A stretch of DNA of 63,534 nt, filler included, from Bonamia ostreae (lineage: Eukaryota), in assembly GCA_040357525.1 (NCBI GenBank). It is 46 parts of 46 records of this genome, joined end to end, with 100 filler letters (N's around TTAATTAATTAA, not from the genome) between each part and the next. Parts side by side here need not be neighbours in the genome. Positions count along the whole stretch, not along the records: positions 37,447 to 38,728 come from JBDODL010002137.1; positions 38,829 to 40,109 come from JBDODL010002138.1; positions 40,210 to 41,490 come from JBDODL010002139.1; positions 41,591 to 42,870 come from JBDODL010002140.1; positions 42,971 to 44,250 come from JBDODL010002141.1; positions 44,351 to 45,630 come from JBDODL010002142.1; positions 45,731 to 47,009 come from JBDODL010002143.1; positions 47,110 to 48,388 come from JBDODL010002144.1; 38 more parts are not named here. The stretch is one strand, 5' to 3'. This document shows positions 38,509-51,940 of the stretch, piece after piece. The stretch's first letter is position 1. Each line of letters opens with the position of its first letter. The position numbers were made by a program, and so were the translations under genes. The notes under the pieces were generated by a model that was not told the DNA's origin, ran no database searches, and saw only the letters and a program-made list of their open reading frames with translations.

Positions 38509-40209
38509 TGGATTCTAACCCTAAATTTCCTAAAATAGTGCTAATAATTAGAAATTAAATTTTTATTAGAAAATTTTAAGTCAATTTTGATGTTAGTCGT
38601 TTTTGTTATATCTTTTTTAACATAGATTTTTTGTCTTTTTTATATTTTTCGTTTTGTCTTGACAATGATTCTATTTTGTTCCATAATACAAATTTTAAGT
38701 CAGTACGGTTATATTTTCCGCTTCTGTTNNNNNNNNNNNNNNNNNNNNNNNNNNNNNNNNNNNNNNNNNNNNTTAATTAATTAANNNNNNNNNNNNNNNN
38801 NNNNNNNNNNNNNNNNNNNNNNNNNNNNTCTCATAACTTCTAATCTAATTCCATCAACAGAAAAAGAAAAAGTTAATCAAAGTTCTGACTACTTTAGTAA
38901 CCGTTGATTCAGAGAAGCCAAAAACAAAGAAAACTCGATATCTTCTTCGTCTTGTTTAAGTTCTATAATTGTTCGGAATAACATATTGTCAGGATTAAGT
39001 AACTGACAGTTATACTTGCATTCGTACACCGAAGGCCCTAAAACATTGAAAAATAGCTAAAAGTGTCCATAATTGTTGAAAGCAGTTTAATACTGAACCA
39101 TTCTACTGTTATTTTGAAAGTCTTCAATAGAAAAGTTCCCAATATATGAATGGAACATAAAACCTCGTTATGAATTGGTTCATTGAATTCAGGGATTTAT
39201 TGCTTTACGTTATAAATAGAAATATCTTTCGTAGAAAATTCATCCTCATGGCGGATATCGATTTTATCACCCAATGTTGCTCTGTCACAGAATATGTGCT
39301 TGGTATTTGTCGATTTTCCTTCAACCTCTGCCTTTAGAACGTGGAGTTCCTTTGTTGAAATGAAATGCCACAGGGCTTCAACAAGCACCTCTCACCTAAA
39401 AGTAATTTTATGATGCCATGTAATTCCAAGTGAACTGCATGCAACGTTTGCCATGTAATCGTATCATATCGTGTATATCATTATCATCCACAATGACACG
39501 GTAGGTTCATTTAGAACTGAAAACTGAATATTCATTTGTCTATGTTAGTTTGTTATTATCTAAATACTTACTTACTGTATTAGAAATTCTGTCTCTGAAA
39601 TGTGAATTAAAAATCCTCAAAGCAACATTAACTTAAACTTCAACTCAATAACAATTAAGATTTCGAAATAAATTTTAGACCAATGAAAGATGAAAACAAT
39701 AATCTAAATACTAGAATTGTCAATATACCAATCCTACTGCATGTACCTGACTCCTGGAAACTACATCTTCTTTCCCTGGACACCTGTTTCGTCTGTGGAT
39801 CATCTCGTTTGATAGCTACACGTAATAGTAATTGTAAACCACCATCTTTTGGGAATTTGTGGTCATTTGATAGTCCACAGTCAGACACACAATAATATCT
39901 TACCAGAGCTGATTCGTAAGAGAGAAAGTTGACATTAACTCACTAAAACGCATGCATGATTCGACCAAGCCTCCTCTGTATACCCTATAGCAACACAGTA
40001 AAGTTTTGAACCGCAAAAGGTGATTGGCAAACCCTGTTAATGGGCCTTGTGTCTTTGTTTGACACATTTTATATTCCTTAAAAATTCTAAGATCGATCAC
40101 TGTTCGTTANNNNNNNNNNNNNNNNNNNNNNNNNNNNNNNNNNNNNNNNNNNNTTAATTAATTAANNNNNNNNNNNNNNNNNNNNNNNNNNNNNNNNNNN
40201 NNNNNNNNN

Positions 40210-41430
40210 ATCTTGGACGGCTGACCTATATGTACCTGCAAAATGCACATTGCATAACATGACACAGTTTAACGGAGAATACAGTTGCCTATGTTGTCTA
40301 CAACCAGGCATGACAACTTCCTCCGGAAAAGGCATTTCACATATCTTCCCATTTGATTTTGAAGGACCGACAAATCCGCAGAAAACTTACCAGGGGTCTC
40401 TTTCTCATGCAGAAATAGCAATAAAAATGGGTAAAGCCACAAACGGCATCAAAGGACCCTGGAGGTTTACGTACCTTGGTCTTGACTTCCTCACTAGCAA
40501 TTGCATTGACTACATGCATTGCGTACTTCTCGGAGTGACAAAGAAATTAATCGCATTGTGGTTGTCGAAGGTGTTAATAACCATCTTTTAAAATTACCCC
40601 CCCCCCCACTGTTTATCAGAAAAGTACTAAGAAGTTTGTCCGACTTGAAGTACTGGAAAGCATCTGAATTTCAATCGTTTCTACTATTTTACGGGCCAGT
40701 GGTGTTAAAAATAGCCTTGAACATTCACAGTATCATCAACACTACTTGCTACTCAGTGAATCAATATTTTTGCTTTTGAAAGAGTCCATTTCCCCTGCAG
40801 ATCTTATGCGAGCTGAGAATATGTTGGAACTTTTCGTCGCTTCGTTTAGTGCATAAAACGAAAATAGATTTCTCACACTAAACTTCCGTCTCCTACTCCA
40901 TCTTCCGAAAAATGTGAAGCAAATGGGGCCAATCTGGGCATATTCATGCTTCCCGTTTGAGGATGCAAATGGCTTTTTAATGAAGCTCATAAAGGGGACG
41001 CAATAGATTCAAGCACAACTTCTCGATTCAATATCTATTTCTCAGGAGCTACCTTACCTCGAGGAAGAGAGTATTGCCTCAGATTCTAAAAGTCAACAGT
41101 TACTTCATCGAATGAAAAGACGTATTCCAAAGCGTATTACGTGCATTGGATATAATGTATATGCATTAGGTAAAAACTTTCGGGCGTGTTCTGCTCAATA
41201 ACTAGGTGCTGCATTTCAAAGAGTACACACGAGTGAATGTGAGAAACAACTTTACAGTTTCGTACCTGGAGAATGATTATATAGTTTGTTTCGGGATAAT
41301 ACATTATTATGTAATATTTGAACCAGTTTTAGAGTATGAGGAAAATCAGATATTCGCCATTATCACGAAACTGACTGCCAAAAACATTATTGCCTTCCCA
41401 AACGATGACGTCTTCAAACACAACTAATGG
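40210..41430 (+). mobile_element. Decayed CMC/EnSpm (CACTA-type) DNA transposase, host
   Basis: QFNGEYSCLCC...GIKG...IDYMHCVLLGVTK...YWKASEFQSFLLFYGP...LLHLP...GPIWAYSCFPFEDANG across frameshifts and stops. Confidence 0.85.
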
Positions 41431-41744
41431 CTCACTACCGGCAATTTCCGAAAGAAAGCATTCTGACACAGGCAAGGACTAACTTTGCATNNNNNNNNNN
41501 NNNNNNNNNNNNNNNNNNNNNNNNNNNNNNNNNNTTAATTAATTAANNNNNNNNNNNNNNNNNNNNNNNNNNNNNNNNNNNNNNNNNNNNGTTACAATGC
41601 TTGGACCATCTATATATAAAAATAACTAGATCTATTGTACTTTTCCTACACACACACACAAAGACTGGTTATCTTAGTTTTACACTACCTAGAACGTGCT
41701 TACGAATAAGAAGTGTTGTGTGTACACTATATACTGAATTAGTC

Positions 41745-41920
41745 CCCTTGACATTTCAAACACACCCTGATATTCCAAATACTTCCTAGACATTGCAAAC
41801 ACTTTCCCCGGAAATCCACTCCCCTAATATTTCAAACACTCCCATACCATTCCAAGCACTCCCTCCTGACATTCCAAACATCCCCTGACATTCCACATAC
41901 ACCCTGACATTACAAATACT
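41745..41920. repeat. Degenerate 18-20-nt minisatellite (CCCTGACATTCCAAACAC-like)
   Basis: About eight imperfect units are visible. Confidence 0.75.
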
Positions 41921-42970
41921 CCCTCGATCACCCATGCACTTTTCCGTGACCACCTTCCTAGTATTAATTCCACGTCTACCCCACGTGAACACATATATAT
42001 GACAGTCAATGAATGCGCTGCAGTTGTTGACAATATGCGTATGAATCTTCATGAATATAACATATCTATTGTAACGATTGGGAATTCTGAGAGAATTAAT
42101 GAAAATGTTATGGAAATATAAGAAATTCTTTTTCGGTTTTGAAAACCAATGAGGGTATGAACTGCAATGCTGACGCCCTCCATGCAGTATGCCGATGTAA
42201 CGGATCGGGTTGAAAATTGTTGTGGGTGTGTCATTTTTCAACATTAAATACCGGACGGTGTGGGGGTTAGACATTTCTGTTAAAAATTGAACCGCATTGC
42301 AGAATATGAATCATGAAACAGGGTCTAAATTCAACAGCATAAATCAAATGATAATGATCACAATATTTAAAAATTATATATACATGGGTCTAATTATCAC
42401 GGAATTTGTGTTTATCAACATGAATATTGAAATACTGCACTGTATGTACTTACAAAAGGGCCACTTCTACAAAGCATATATCACTCTTGATTTCCATAAA
42501 GTGCAAACGTAAAGAAGACCTTTCAATATTCGATATACAGTCATGTTTTTTCTCCTGTCACTTTTAATGTATACAGAACGTTTCGTGTATTATCGTAATG
42601 TTTTGTGTAATATCTATATTTAAAAATACATATAGATTTACTATATACATCGTTGCATGTACCTGATATAATATCTAGTACTGGTATTCATTGTACAAGT
42701 TTGTGGTTTTTTTAATGTCATAGGACCTCGTGTTTTTATTTATTTATCTATTGGTATTTTGGGTTCTGCAATTTGTAATATTTGAGGGTCAGGGGCCCAT
42801 CTTCTCTCGTTCACTTTCGCTCTCTCTTTCTCTCTCTCTCAACAAGAATATTGCTGCGTTAACCTCGCACNNNNNNNNNNNNNNNNNNNNNNNNNNNNNN
42901 NNNNNNNNNNNNNNTTAATTAATTAANNNNNNNNNNNNNNNNNNNNNNNNNNNNNNNNNNNNNNNNNNNN

Positions 42971-43357
42971 AATTCATTCATGTGCAAAGAAAAACAATCA
43001 ATGATAATATCTAAAAACAAGTGGATAATTAATGATGAAAACGTAAATAAATTGTTTACTTTTGACAAAGAAGTGATTGAAAATGCAAAAAAAAAGTTTA
43101 CACGTAAAAATAAGTCTGAAAAAATTAAAGATAATAAAGATTCATTTGACTTAACAAAAATTAAAAATAATATAAAAAAGCCTATAAATAGTAAATCTAC
43201 AATTGAAAACAATTTTAAGTTATCAGCAATTGATGAGAAAAAAATAGTAGAAAAATTAATGTCTTTGATAGAAAAAAAAATAGAAAAACACTTCGAAAAT
43301 ATTTATAATCTAATTCAAAAGAAAATGTCAAGTAGTATGAACACGATACAATGTTAA
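42971..43357 (+). CDS. 3' end of LINE ORF1 (lysine-rich)
   Basis: Open frame ending in TAA 43355-43357, overlapping the ORF2 ATG at 43351. Confidence 0.6.
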   Translation, partial: NSFMCKEKQSMIISKNKWIINDENVNKLFTFDKEVIENAKKKFTRKNKSEKIKDNKDSFDLTKIKNNIKKPINSKSTIENNFKLSAIDEKKIVEKLMSLIEKKIEKHFENIYNLIQKKMSSSMNTIQC

Positions 43358-44250
43358 AAGTAATCAACTTAAATACAAGGTCATTGTATAAAAATCTTAA
43401 TGAAATTAAAAACATGATACATAAAAATAACCCAGATATTGTATGTTTACAAGAAGTATGGTCGAAAAAAACAGTTACTATAAAAGGTTATAAATCATAC
43501 ATGTATGTAAGAAATTACAATAAAATGGGTGGTGGATTAGTAACATATGTAAAAAACAATATTAAAAGTTCCATGATTAACTTGTTGCATATAACTAAAA
43601 CTAATGATCCAGGATACGAAATCCTAGGTATTAAAATACAGGATATAAATTCTGTTGAGTATAACCTATTCAACATCTATGTGATACCCAACAAAAATAT
43701 CAACTTTAACAATATGTTTGAAGATATAAAATTTGACAAATACAGTGTAATTTGCGGTGATTTTAATGCAAAACATAAAACGTGGTCTCAAAGTATAGAA
43801 AATATAAACGGAATCAAAGTATATAAAATTACTAAAGAAAAAAAGTTAAAAAATAATATAACCTTTTTGAAAACGTTAACAAATAATTTTGGCATAAGTT
43901 CTACAGTTGATCTTGTAATCAATAAAAAATTATCAAAAGTTAACATTGGAAATATATACTTACTAGAAAATGTTGGTAGTGATCATTTACCTATAAAATT
44001 TGAACTCGTAATGAATGTAAAATTAATCCCAAACAAATCACCATTAATTTTGTGGAATAAAATGGACAAAAAGAAATTTAATACTTTGTTGAATGAAAAA
44101 ATAATAGAATTTTATAAAATCTGTTCTACAAATAAAAACATTGACACAATTTACCAAAAGTTTACAAATATATATAATGAAGCATTAAAACAATCTTGTA
44201 AAATATATTGTAATAATAACTATTCTAATAAAAATGGTAATGTCTGGTGG
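43351..44250 (+). mobile_element. LINE ORF2 N-terminal apurinic-like endonuclease (APE/EEP) domain, intact to the contig end
   Basis: NLNTRSL...DIVCLQEVW...GGGLVTYVK...NIYV.P...ICGDFNAKHKTW...STVDLV...GSDHLPI...VWW. Confidence 0.92.
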
Positions 44251-44914
44251 NNNNNNNNNNNNNNNNNNNNNNNNNNNNNNNNNNNNNNNNNNNNTTAATT
44301 AATTAANNNNNNNNNNNNNNNNNNNNNNNNNNNNNNNNNNNNNNNNNNNNCACCTACAAAATTCCGTAATTTAAACGCAACTTTCGAATAAAGGTATATA
44401 ATGCATAAAAGTATTTGATTGCCATTGTCACTTGAAATAACTTTTAGTTCATTAAAATTCAAAAATAAAAATTTGCGATACTTGGAATTGGATAGGATGA
44501 TAAAATAAACATTTATATATTCCATATTTATTTGAGATGATACAATCTACTCCCTGGAACAGTTTCATCCTGAGGGATGTGTTGCATATTGTGGAGAAGC
44601 TTTCTCGTAAAATTAATCGTTCTGTCATATTCTCCAGAACCTGTATTTGAGCGTCAATTTCAAATCTGCCTCTCCTCTACTTCACTGTGCTCTTTATTTT
44701 CTTCGTTTTCTTCCTTTCGATTGAAGACTATTCATTTTTCTTAGGGACTTCCTCAAAGCTTTACCTTTTTGTGGCATTTTGATTAATGTAAAATTTTTAA
44801 TGTTCTTTGCGTGTTGGAAAATTATTTTTGGTTCTATGCACTCATCGTTTTTATAAACGAGTACGTAGTTTTTTTTAAATGATTACCTGATGCATTGTGC
44901 AAGTATTGAAGACA

Positions 44915-45520
44915 GGAGGCAAGTGGAATATTCCTGTGTAGTTGTGCGTGTAAATTGGTTACGGTAAGTCTTTCTAAATTTGTAAGATTCCCGTACATGT
45001 GTCGCTACTTTTCACCACTAAATCTTTGCAGACTCCCCCCCCCCCTTTAGAAGTAGAAACAACTAGTTGTGACGAGGCTTAAACATAAACACCATTTCCG
45101 AATCATCTTATTATATCCTGAAATTGCAAGTAAAACCGTACACAAATTAATCGCTACCGTGGCAAACGTAAATTAGGCATAATATCGGAATAAAAAGTTA
45201 AGGTTTNNNNNNNNNNCAAGTATTTAAGCCCGGTGGCAATTGGGATATTCCTGTGTTGTTTGGCGTGTAAATTGGTTACGGTAAGTCTTTCTAAATTGGT
45301 AAGTTTCCCGTACATGTGTCGCTACTTTTCACCACTAAATCTCTGCAGACCCCCCCCCCCCCCCCAATAGAAGTACATATAGCTAGGTGTGACTGGGCTT
45401 AAACATAAACACCATATCCGAATCATTTTACTATATCCTGAAATGGCAAGCAAAACCGTACACAAATAAATCGCTACCGTGGTAAACGCAAATTAGGCTT
45501 CAACTCGTAATAAAATGTTA
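44915..45520. repeat. About 300-bp direct duplication flanking a 10-N scaffold gap (45207-45216)
   Basis: ATATTCCTGTGT...GTAAATTGGTTACGGTAAGTCTTTCTAAAT...AAATTAGGC occurs twice with scattered mismatches. Confidence 0.85.
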
Positions 45521-45916
45521 AGATTTGGAGATAAAAGTAAAACATGATAGCCTCTGAAATGGTTATATTTGTCGCAACAATTGTTTAACAATCGTCAAAG
45601 GTGAATATAGCAAAAAGTGATCAATCTCATNNNNNNNNNNNNNNNNNNNNNNNNNNNNNNNNNNNNNNNNNNNNTTAATTAATTAANNNNNNNNNNNNNN
45701 NNNNNNNNNNNNNNNNNNNNNNNNNNNNNNCCTCAAGCAAGTTTCTATATTGTGGGTTCCTCTTTCACTATTCTGTGACTCCATTTTTTTCTTTTTAGCA
45801 TCTTTCTTCGGGTTTTCAAATTTTTGTCTTTTTACAAATATTTTTGCCGCTACATTATTTCTCTCAAATTTTCAAATTTTTGTTCTGTTATAGGTTCTTT
45901 CTGCACAATCTATTCG

Positions 45917-47009
45917 ATGGACGATCAAGAAAATCTCTTTCCAAACTGCTATCTCAAGCAAACATAAGAATGCTGACAATGACTCAAATTCTATAAGAAT
46001 TAGTGGCCACACGAAGACGGATGAACAAAGTGATCTTAAGAAGCTAAAAGAAGAAATACGGAAAGTTTTCCCTAACGCTGAAATCGCCGAGATTTCTCAA
46101 AGAGGTGATATAAAAATCACTTTTAACAAAAAAGTAGATATTTCTAAAAATGTCATCTCTATTAGTAATGACATCAAAAATTTTATTTTTTGGAGATTTT
46201 GAAAATAAGTCAGTACCTTACAGAGATCTGGGATTTGTAATTAAGGGGACATTGTGTAGGAGGTACCAATAATAAAAGACTAAGAAAACTCGAATCAAAT
46301 TCATATAAGAACGCACTTTTGCCAACGCAACATATGTAAAACAAAGAGAAAGGATACTTGTAAAAGGATACGTCTGAAGCTTTAACCCAAAAAGAAGCAC
46401 TACAATGCTTTAGATGTAAATTTAAAAAGAGAAGGGGAAATATGAAGTTTAAACATTTTTTATTATAACGACAAAAAACATTTAAACATTAATATTTCGT
46501 TGAAGGAAATGAGTGAAGTTTGTGAGAATATTAACTTTAGAAAGGCAGATCTAAATATCCTAATTTAAAAAAAATCTCAAAAGATTGTACTTAATGTACG
46601 AAGAGAAAAAGGTATTTCTAATTATTCGAAGTTTTCAGAAAAAATTAAATCTACATAATAGCATCCATTCATGTTTTAAGAATAAAGAAGTAATGATAGC
46701 ATGATGACCCCGAAAATAGGAAAGTTCTCTATAAATTTAGCTAACAAAGTTGTTCAAAAATTAATATTTTGAGGTGTCAAATATTTTATTAACTAACAGA
46801 AAGGCAATATTTGTTTATAAACAATTAAGTTAAAAAGAAAGAACTTTATAAGAGGTGTTCCTCAAGGGTCATAATTAAGTCCATTATTGTATAACATTTA
46901 TAAAAACAAAATTAAAGACGTTTTAAAAACAACATATCCCAATTTGCGATGACATATTGAATTGGGGAATTGACAAAGATATTTCGAAAGATGAAAAAAC
47001 GCTTAAACG
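45917..47009 (+). mobile_element. Heavily decayed, internally deleted AT-rich LINE (ORF1-like start plus RT remnant)
   Basis: RGVPQGS*LSPLLYNIY at about 46851-46901 is RT motif B. Many stops and frameshifts. Confidence 0.7.
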
Positions 47010-47111
47010 NNNNNNNNNNNNNNNNNNNNNNNNNNNNNNNNNNNNNNNNNNNNTTAATTAATTAANNNNNNNNNNNNNNNNNNNNNNNNNNNNNNNNNNN
47101 NNNNNNNNNTC

Positions 47112-48223
47112 CAAGTACCGATAATATCTGATTGGCAACAAAGAACTCTTGCGAAAATCCGAGTTCTTTCGAATACAACCGATGCCTTCTTCAGTTCTGA
47201 CGAGGGAGATCGATCTGGCTTAAACTACACTTCGCTGGATGTACACGTTGAGACTCTGCACAATCGATGGTCGGTCTCTATCACAGGCAGATTCTTCGCG
47301 CCGGGCGGCCATTTCTTCGAAGTGGGGGCGAGAGTTAGCGACTTTGAATACGAAGGAGAGGAGTTTGCAAGCGAAACTTTGTTCGCCGACAAACAGGGAT
47401 TTGCGATGAACGTAACGATCTACTTTCCAGAGAGAAGCGGCATTTACGCCAAAGTACTTCCGAAGATAGTTCCGAATATCGACACTAACTACACGCGGAA
47501 ACCAGGGATCTTGGAGAAGTTGATAAAGGGCTATATCAATCGCAAATTCCACTCGTTCCCCGATTTTATCCCGAAGCCTTCGCGTCCAAACGTAATTCTG
47601 ACGATGCGCGACGCACACGGTTCGGAGGACTTTCTTTTGGCCGAGAACAACACTAAACCGGAGGAAGAGATTACGCTAGAAATCAGATTTGTGTGGTACA
47701 AGTATCCGTATGTCTGGGGCCTCATCATTTTTGTCTCTTTTTTTGTGATAATGCTCAACTATGTTTTTTTCATTGTTACATTTTTCTATTTTGCATTTTT
47801 TATTGTTATTTTTGCATTATTACAATTTATTGTTATTTATGCATTGTTACATGTTATTTCTGTTTTTGTATTGTTATCTGTCATTGTTACATTTATTGTT
47901 ATTTATCATTAAATTTCAAATTAGATAATTTTTTGTTTATTGGCCATATTTACCAAAAGGATATTAGTCATTTGTTTTTTAAATTCGCTGTAAAAAATTT
48001 ACTTTTCCACTTTGAAATATTGTTCAAATTTTGCCAATTCAACTATTGCTCTAATTCCAAGATGGGTTATGTGAAATGGAAAGAAGGTTTTGACGAAGAG
48101 GAAAGCGAAGAAGAGGATGATGATGTTGCGGAGAAGATAGAAAAGGGTTTATTAACGAGAAGTGCAAAAGATTTGAGCAAGTCTTTTAGTCTTGGCTCGG
48201 AAAACAGATTTTTAAAAGATTAA
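47112..48223 (+). CDS. Single-pass membrane glycoprotein, C-terminal part; intron 47763-48061
   Basis: Open frame from the contig start with several N-x-T sequons and TM segment YPYVWGLIIFVSFFVIMLNY. A GT-AG intron joins an acidic tail MGYVKWKEGFDEEESEEEDDD...*. Confidence 0.65.
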
Positions 48224-48297
48224 AATTTTATTTATTTGGCCATTTCTGAAAATTTTTCACTAATTTTTTCAAATTTAGAAAATTTTTCTGTTTTTTG

Positions 48298-48388
48298 GAT
48301 TTTGTCAGACATTCAAGGTTCGAAGTTTTTAGACCAACCTCAGTCAAACAGGATGTTCAGATGACCAACATTTCTTTAAAATGCGTAC
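48298..48388 (-). mobile_element. Diverged, contig-truncated second copy of the structured SINE-like element at 61495-61680
   Basis: Shares CAGACATT, ACCTCAGTCAAA and TTC(A/G)GAT blocks in the same order and spacing. An A-rich tail follows on the minus strand. Confidence 0.55.
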
Positions 48389-51244
48389 NNNNNNNNNNNN
48401 NNNNNNNNNNNNNNNNNNNNNNNNNNNNNNNNTTAATTAATTAANNNNNNNNNNNNNNNNNNNNNNNNNNNNNNNNNNNNNNNNNNNNTAAGGAATAAAA
48501 GGAAAGGGTTCCGGTAAAAATTGTTCAAAGGTAGGAAACGTCTTTAGTGTTTGATGTGTCTTATATTGTAAGTTCTTTTTCAAAGGACAAAATTCATCAA
48601 AATGTATCTTTTTGGGTTTAAACACATTTGATATCTCAGTAAATGTGATGAATTCAAATTATTGTACACGTACCAAAGGCTCAGACAAAACATTACAAAG
48701 AAATATACGTGCTAACATTGGACGTGACTACTCAACAGGGATGTTTAGTCCTTATAGGCACATTATTCCCCCGTTTATCCCTGTTGACTTTGTATTCTTT
48801 ATACGATTGTGGAGTTGGACTACTATGCATAACCTTTTTCACTCCAGTTCTTTTTTTGCGTTCCAGCTATGAATAAGGTACTATGTAAGCAAACTATATA
48901 CATGTAAACTATATAGCGAATTTCTCTTTTTATTAATATTTTTCGAAATATAATTATACGATACCAATCGTTTACAAACAATCACAGAAAATGGGTAATG
49001 CAATCAAGACAGGATACTAAACGATATCAGTATATAATGTACATATAGAGACAGTCCGATGATTATATAAAAACTTCAAAGATAATCAACATGTGCGGAA
49101 TATAACAAAAAGACATAGAGGAATGTTAATATAAGTCTACAATAAGCCAGTTCTGAAGTTTTATCCACACAAATCACAGTAAAAACAGATTATAGATTTG
49201 ATTTCCTTTTCTATGTTTTCTGAAATGCTTCTTTCCTTTCCAAATGTTCGATACCCGGTTTCTCGGACATTGCACCCTCTGACTTTATTTTCCTCAGCCT
49301 GTGAAATGTAATATTATGCATCATAAATTTCACCCAAAGTAATTTTTTTAAGTGTGTGGCTAATTCAAATTACTCATATACCGTGCTCAATTCTCCCTAA
49401 CCCTTTTAAAGGATTTTGTTTCTGAAATATTATGAAACATTGCATTAGCAAAATACCCAAACTGGGTATCTTTTATTAATAAACGAATGCGAGCTGGAGA
49501 AAACTAAAATTATCCATATAATATGGTAAATATCATGGATGAAATTCGCGAGAATCAGAAGACGAAGTCAATTTTATATCAATCTAGATACTACTTTAGA
49601 ATATCAATTGAATGCGTTCTCGGATAATCCTAACGATGTATAGCATACTAATTACTTCAATTCAGCATTAAACCTATTTCACAATGATGGAATGGAAGCA
49701 TTACAAGCTTAATTTTTTTTTACGAAAAACAAAATATACATATGCTTCCTACTTTATTGTCAACTANNNNNNNNNNNNNNNNNNNNNNNNNNNNNNNNNN
49801 NNNNNNNNNNTTAATTAATTAANNNNNNNNNNNNNNNNNNNNNNNNNNNNNNNNNNNNNNNNNNNNATCACTGTTCGTTATCTTCAACTTGCACCTAACA
49901 CTAACCATTTACATAATTTCATTATGATCATGACGTAAACCCTTAACCATTAGCAATTATCAAAACGTAGTTATGTTGTGAGATCAGAATCAATTGTATA
50001 AATAATGCTTCATTGCTTGCTGAATTTTTTACAAGTCAGTTAACTGCAGTTTGATTTGAAATTAATTAATTTCAAAAATTTCACCGTAATTCTAGCACTC
50101 TTCAAATAGTTTTTTTTTTATTCAAATAAAAAAAACCCAATGTTGATGCATTGGGAATCTGTCTTTGCGATGCAACGTATTTGTAAAACCCATCCAGCTA
50201 CCCCATTTATATAAATATAACATCAAAGGTTTCCTACGGAATGAATATAAAACACTTCTGCGAATTAATAAGACTATAATGATGGCACAATGATGGCAAG
50301 TGCATCGCCAACTTTTTTTTCTGCTTCTATATCAAGGTGTCAAACTACATTAACGACAACAAAACATGCAATGTATGTTTTGTGTAGTGATACATGCATA
50401 CTTCCGAACCATTGATTATTTTATTTCATGGTATTTTGAAGGTTTCTATTCTTTGTTGATTTTGTGTGATGTGATAATATGCATCCCTGTATATATTAGG
50501 ACACGCCTCCTTAGTGAAACCTAAACTGTGCTGCGATATTTGAACTTTTTGATTAATCGAATCTTCCGCTACAAATTATATTCCCCTGTCAAATTTGAAT
50601 AGACATATTTTTCCAACTCAAAAAGGGTCAGTCATAAAGGAAAGATGTAATATTTTTGCACCAAGGAGATCAGTATCGTACCAGTAAATATTTAGTTGTA
50701 GCATTATGCACAGCTGTGCTTACAAACTCGAGAGCTAAATATTCTTTTTTTTTTTTAAAAAACATTTCAACATAAACGTGTGGGTTGTCAATAGTATGGA
50801 TAAGATGATAACTGAATGTCGTGTTTGAAGATAAACCATGTCGAATTTTATAAAAGTTCTTGAATTATAGGATTATAAACTGATTACAGTGCTTGTTATT
50901 TGCTCCTCCTGCTGTGTTGTGTCGCACTGTTTACCGATATCGAAAAATTAACTTCGGTTGAAGTGCAAAATAATGACGCTCAATATCACAGTAGCTCATA
51001 CACGGTAACACAACTTTTAATTGACAGCCTTGCTTCGTCATACTAATTCTTTAGGGGAGGGGGTCTATAAAAATAAATGTCATTTCGGATAGCTCTTTCT
51101 GTCACATTTAGTGCACCATTTAACTTCGAACACGACAAAGTCCGNNNNNNNNNNNNNNNNNNNNNNNNNNNNNNNNNNNNNNNNNNNNTTAATTAATTAA
51201 NNNNNNNNNNNNNNNNNNNNNNNNNNNNNNNNNNNNNNNNNNNN

Positions 51245-51475
51245 ACCGCAGGTGGATCATTAGGTTGGAACGAGTTGAAAAATCTTTAGTACAGAGGTGG
51301 CATCTGAACCGCTCTCGCGGAACAGTCCTCAGATGCGACCGCTTCGTGTGGTTGTTCACAGACGTCTCGTCCCCCACGTAAGGGCAGTAGTTGCAAACAA
51401 TCGGTTGCACCTTCTTGTGCATCGAGTGATAGTGGATTTTCATCTCCACTCTCGTCGGATACAAATCCCCGCAAG
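51245..51475 (-). CDS. C2H2 zinc-finger protein exon
   Basis: CGDLY...HYHSMH, CNYC...HTKRSH, FRCHLCTKDFSTRSNLMIHLR. Confidence 0.85.
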
Positions 51476-51940
51476 CTTTATTTTAGATTTACCAGTTACA
51501 GAAAAGTTTAACGGTTCAAAAATTTACATTTTGAAAGTTTAATTTTAATGTGCTCTTTTAACCATAACTTGACAAGTAACAGAAAAATAAAAATGGGGTA
51601 AATAAAAGAAGTTTACAAAATTTTAAGCGATTTTTATTAAATTTCTTTTAGCTTTCGAATCTAAATTAATGGAAATGTATAAAGTTGCATTTCCAAGTTT
51701 AAACAGTTTAGGGATAATAAGGTCAATCGTTTTTAGCAAAAGGAAAATTTAGTTAAGTTCAATTAGTCAAATTTAGGGAGGTTTTATCAAGTTTTATAGG
51801 GCAAACTGTTCATTCGCAAATTAAAACCTGTACAGACAATTTCCGAGTTTTTGGTTTTAGTCATTAAGATTTAGAACAAGCTATTCGGTTAGATTTAGGT
51901 TTTTAAGCTATTAAACTTTAGCTTTTTTAGATTTAGTTTT

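Noticed and set aside
44915-45520. About 300-bp duplication as LTRs or a novel element
   Set aside because: The copies abut a 10-N scaffold gap and there is no internal coding region. It is probably allelic or a tandem repeat.
47763-47912. Multi-pass hydrophobic C-terminus of the 47322-47912 ORF (likewise 35458-35743 and 19929-20281)
   Set aside because: These are translations of T-rich intronic repeats or of the antisense strand of A-rich coding DNA.
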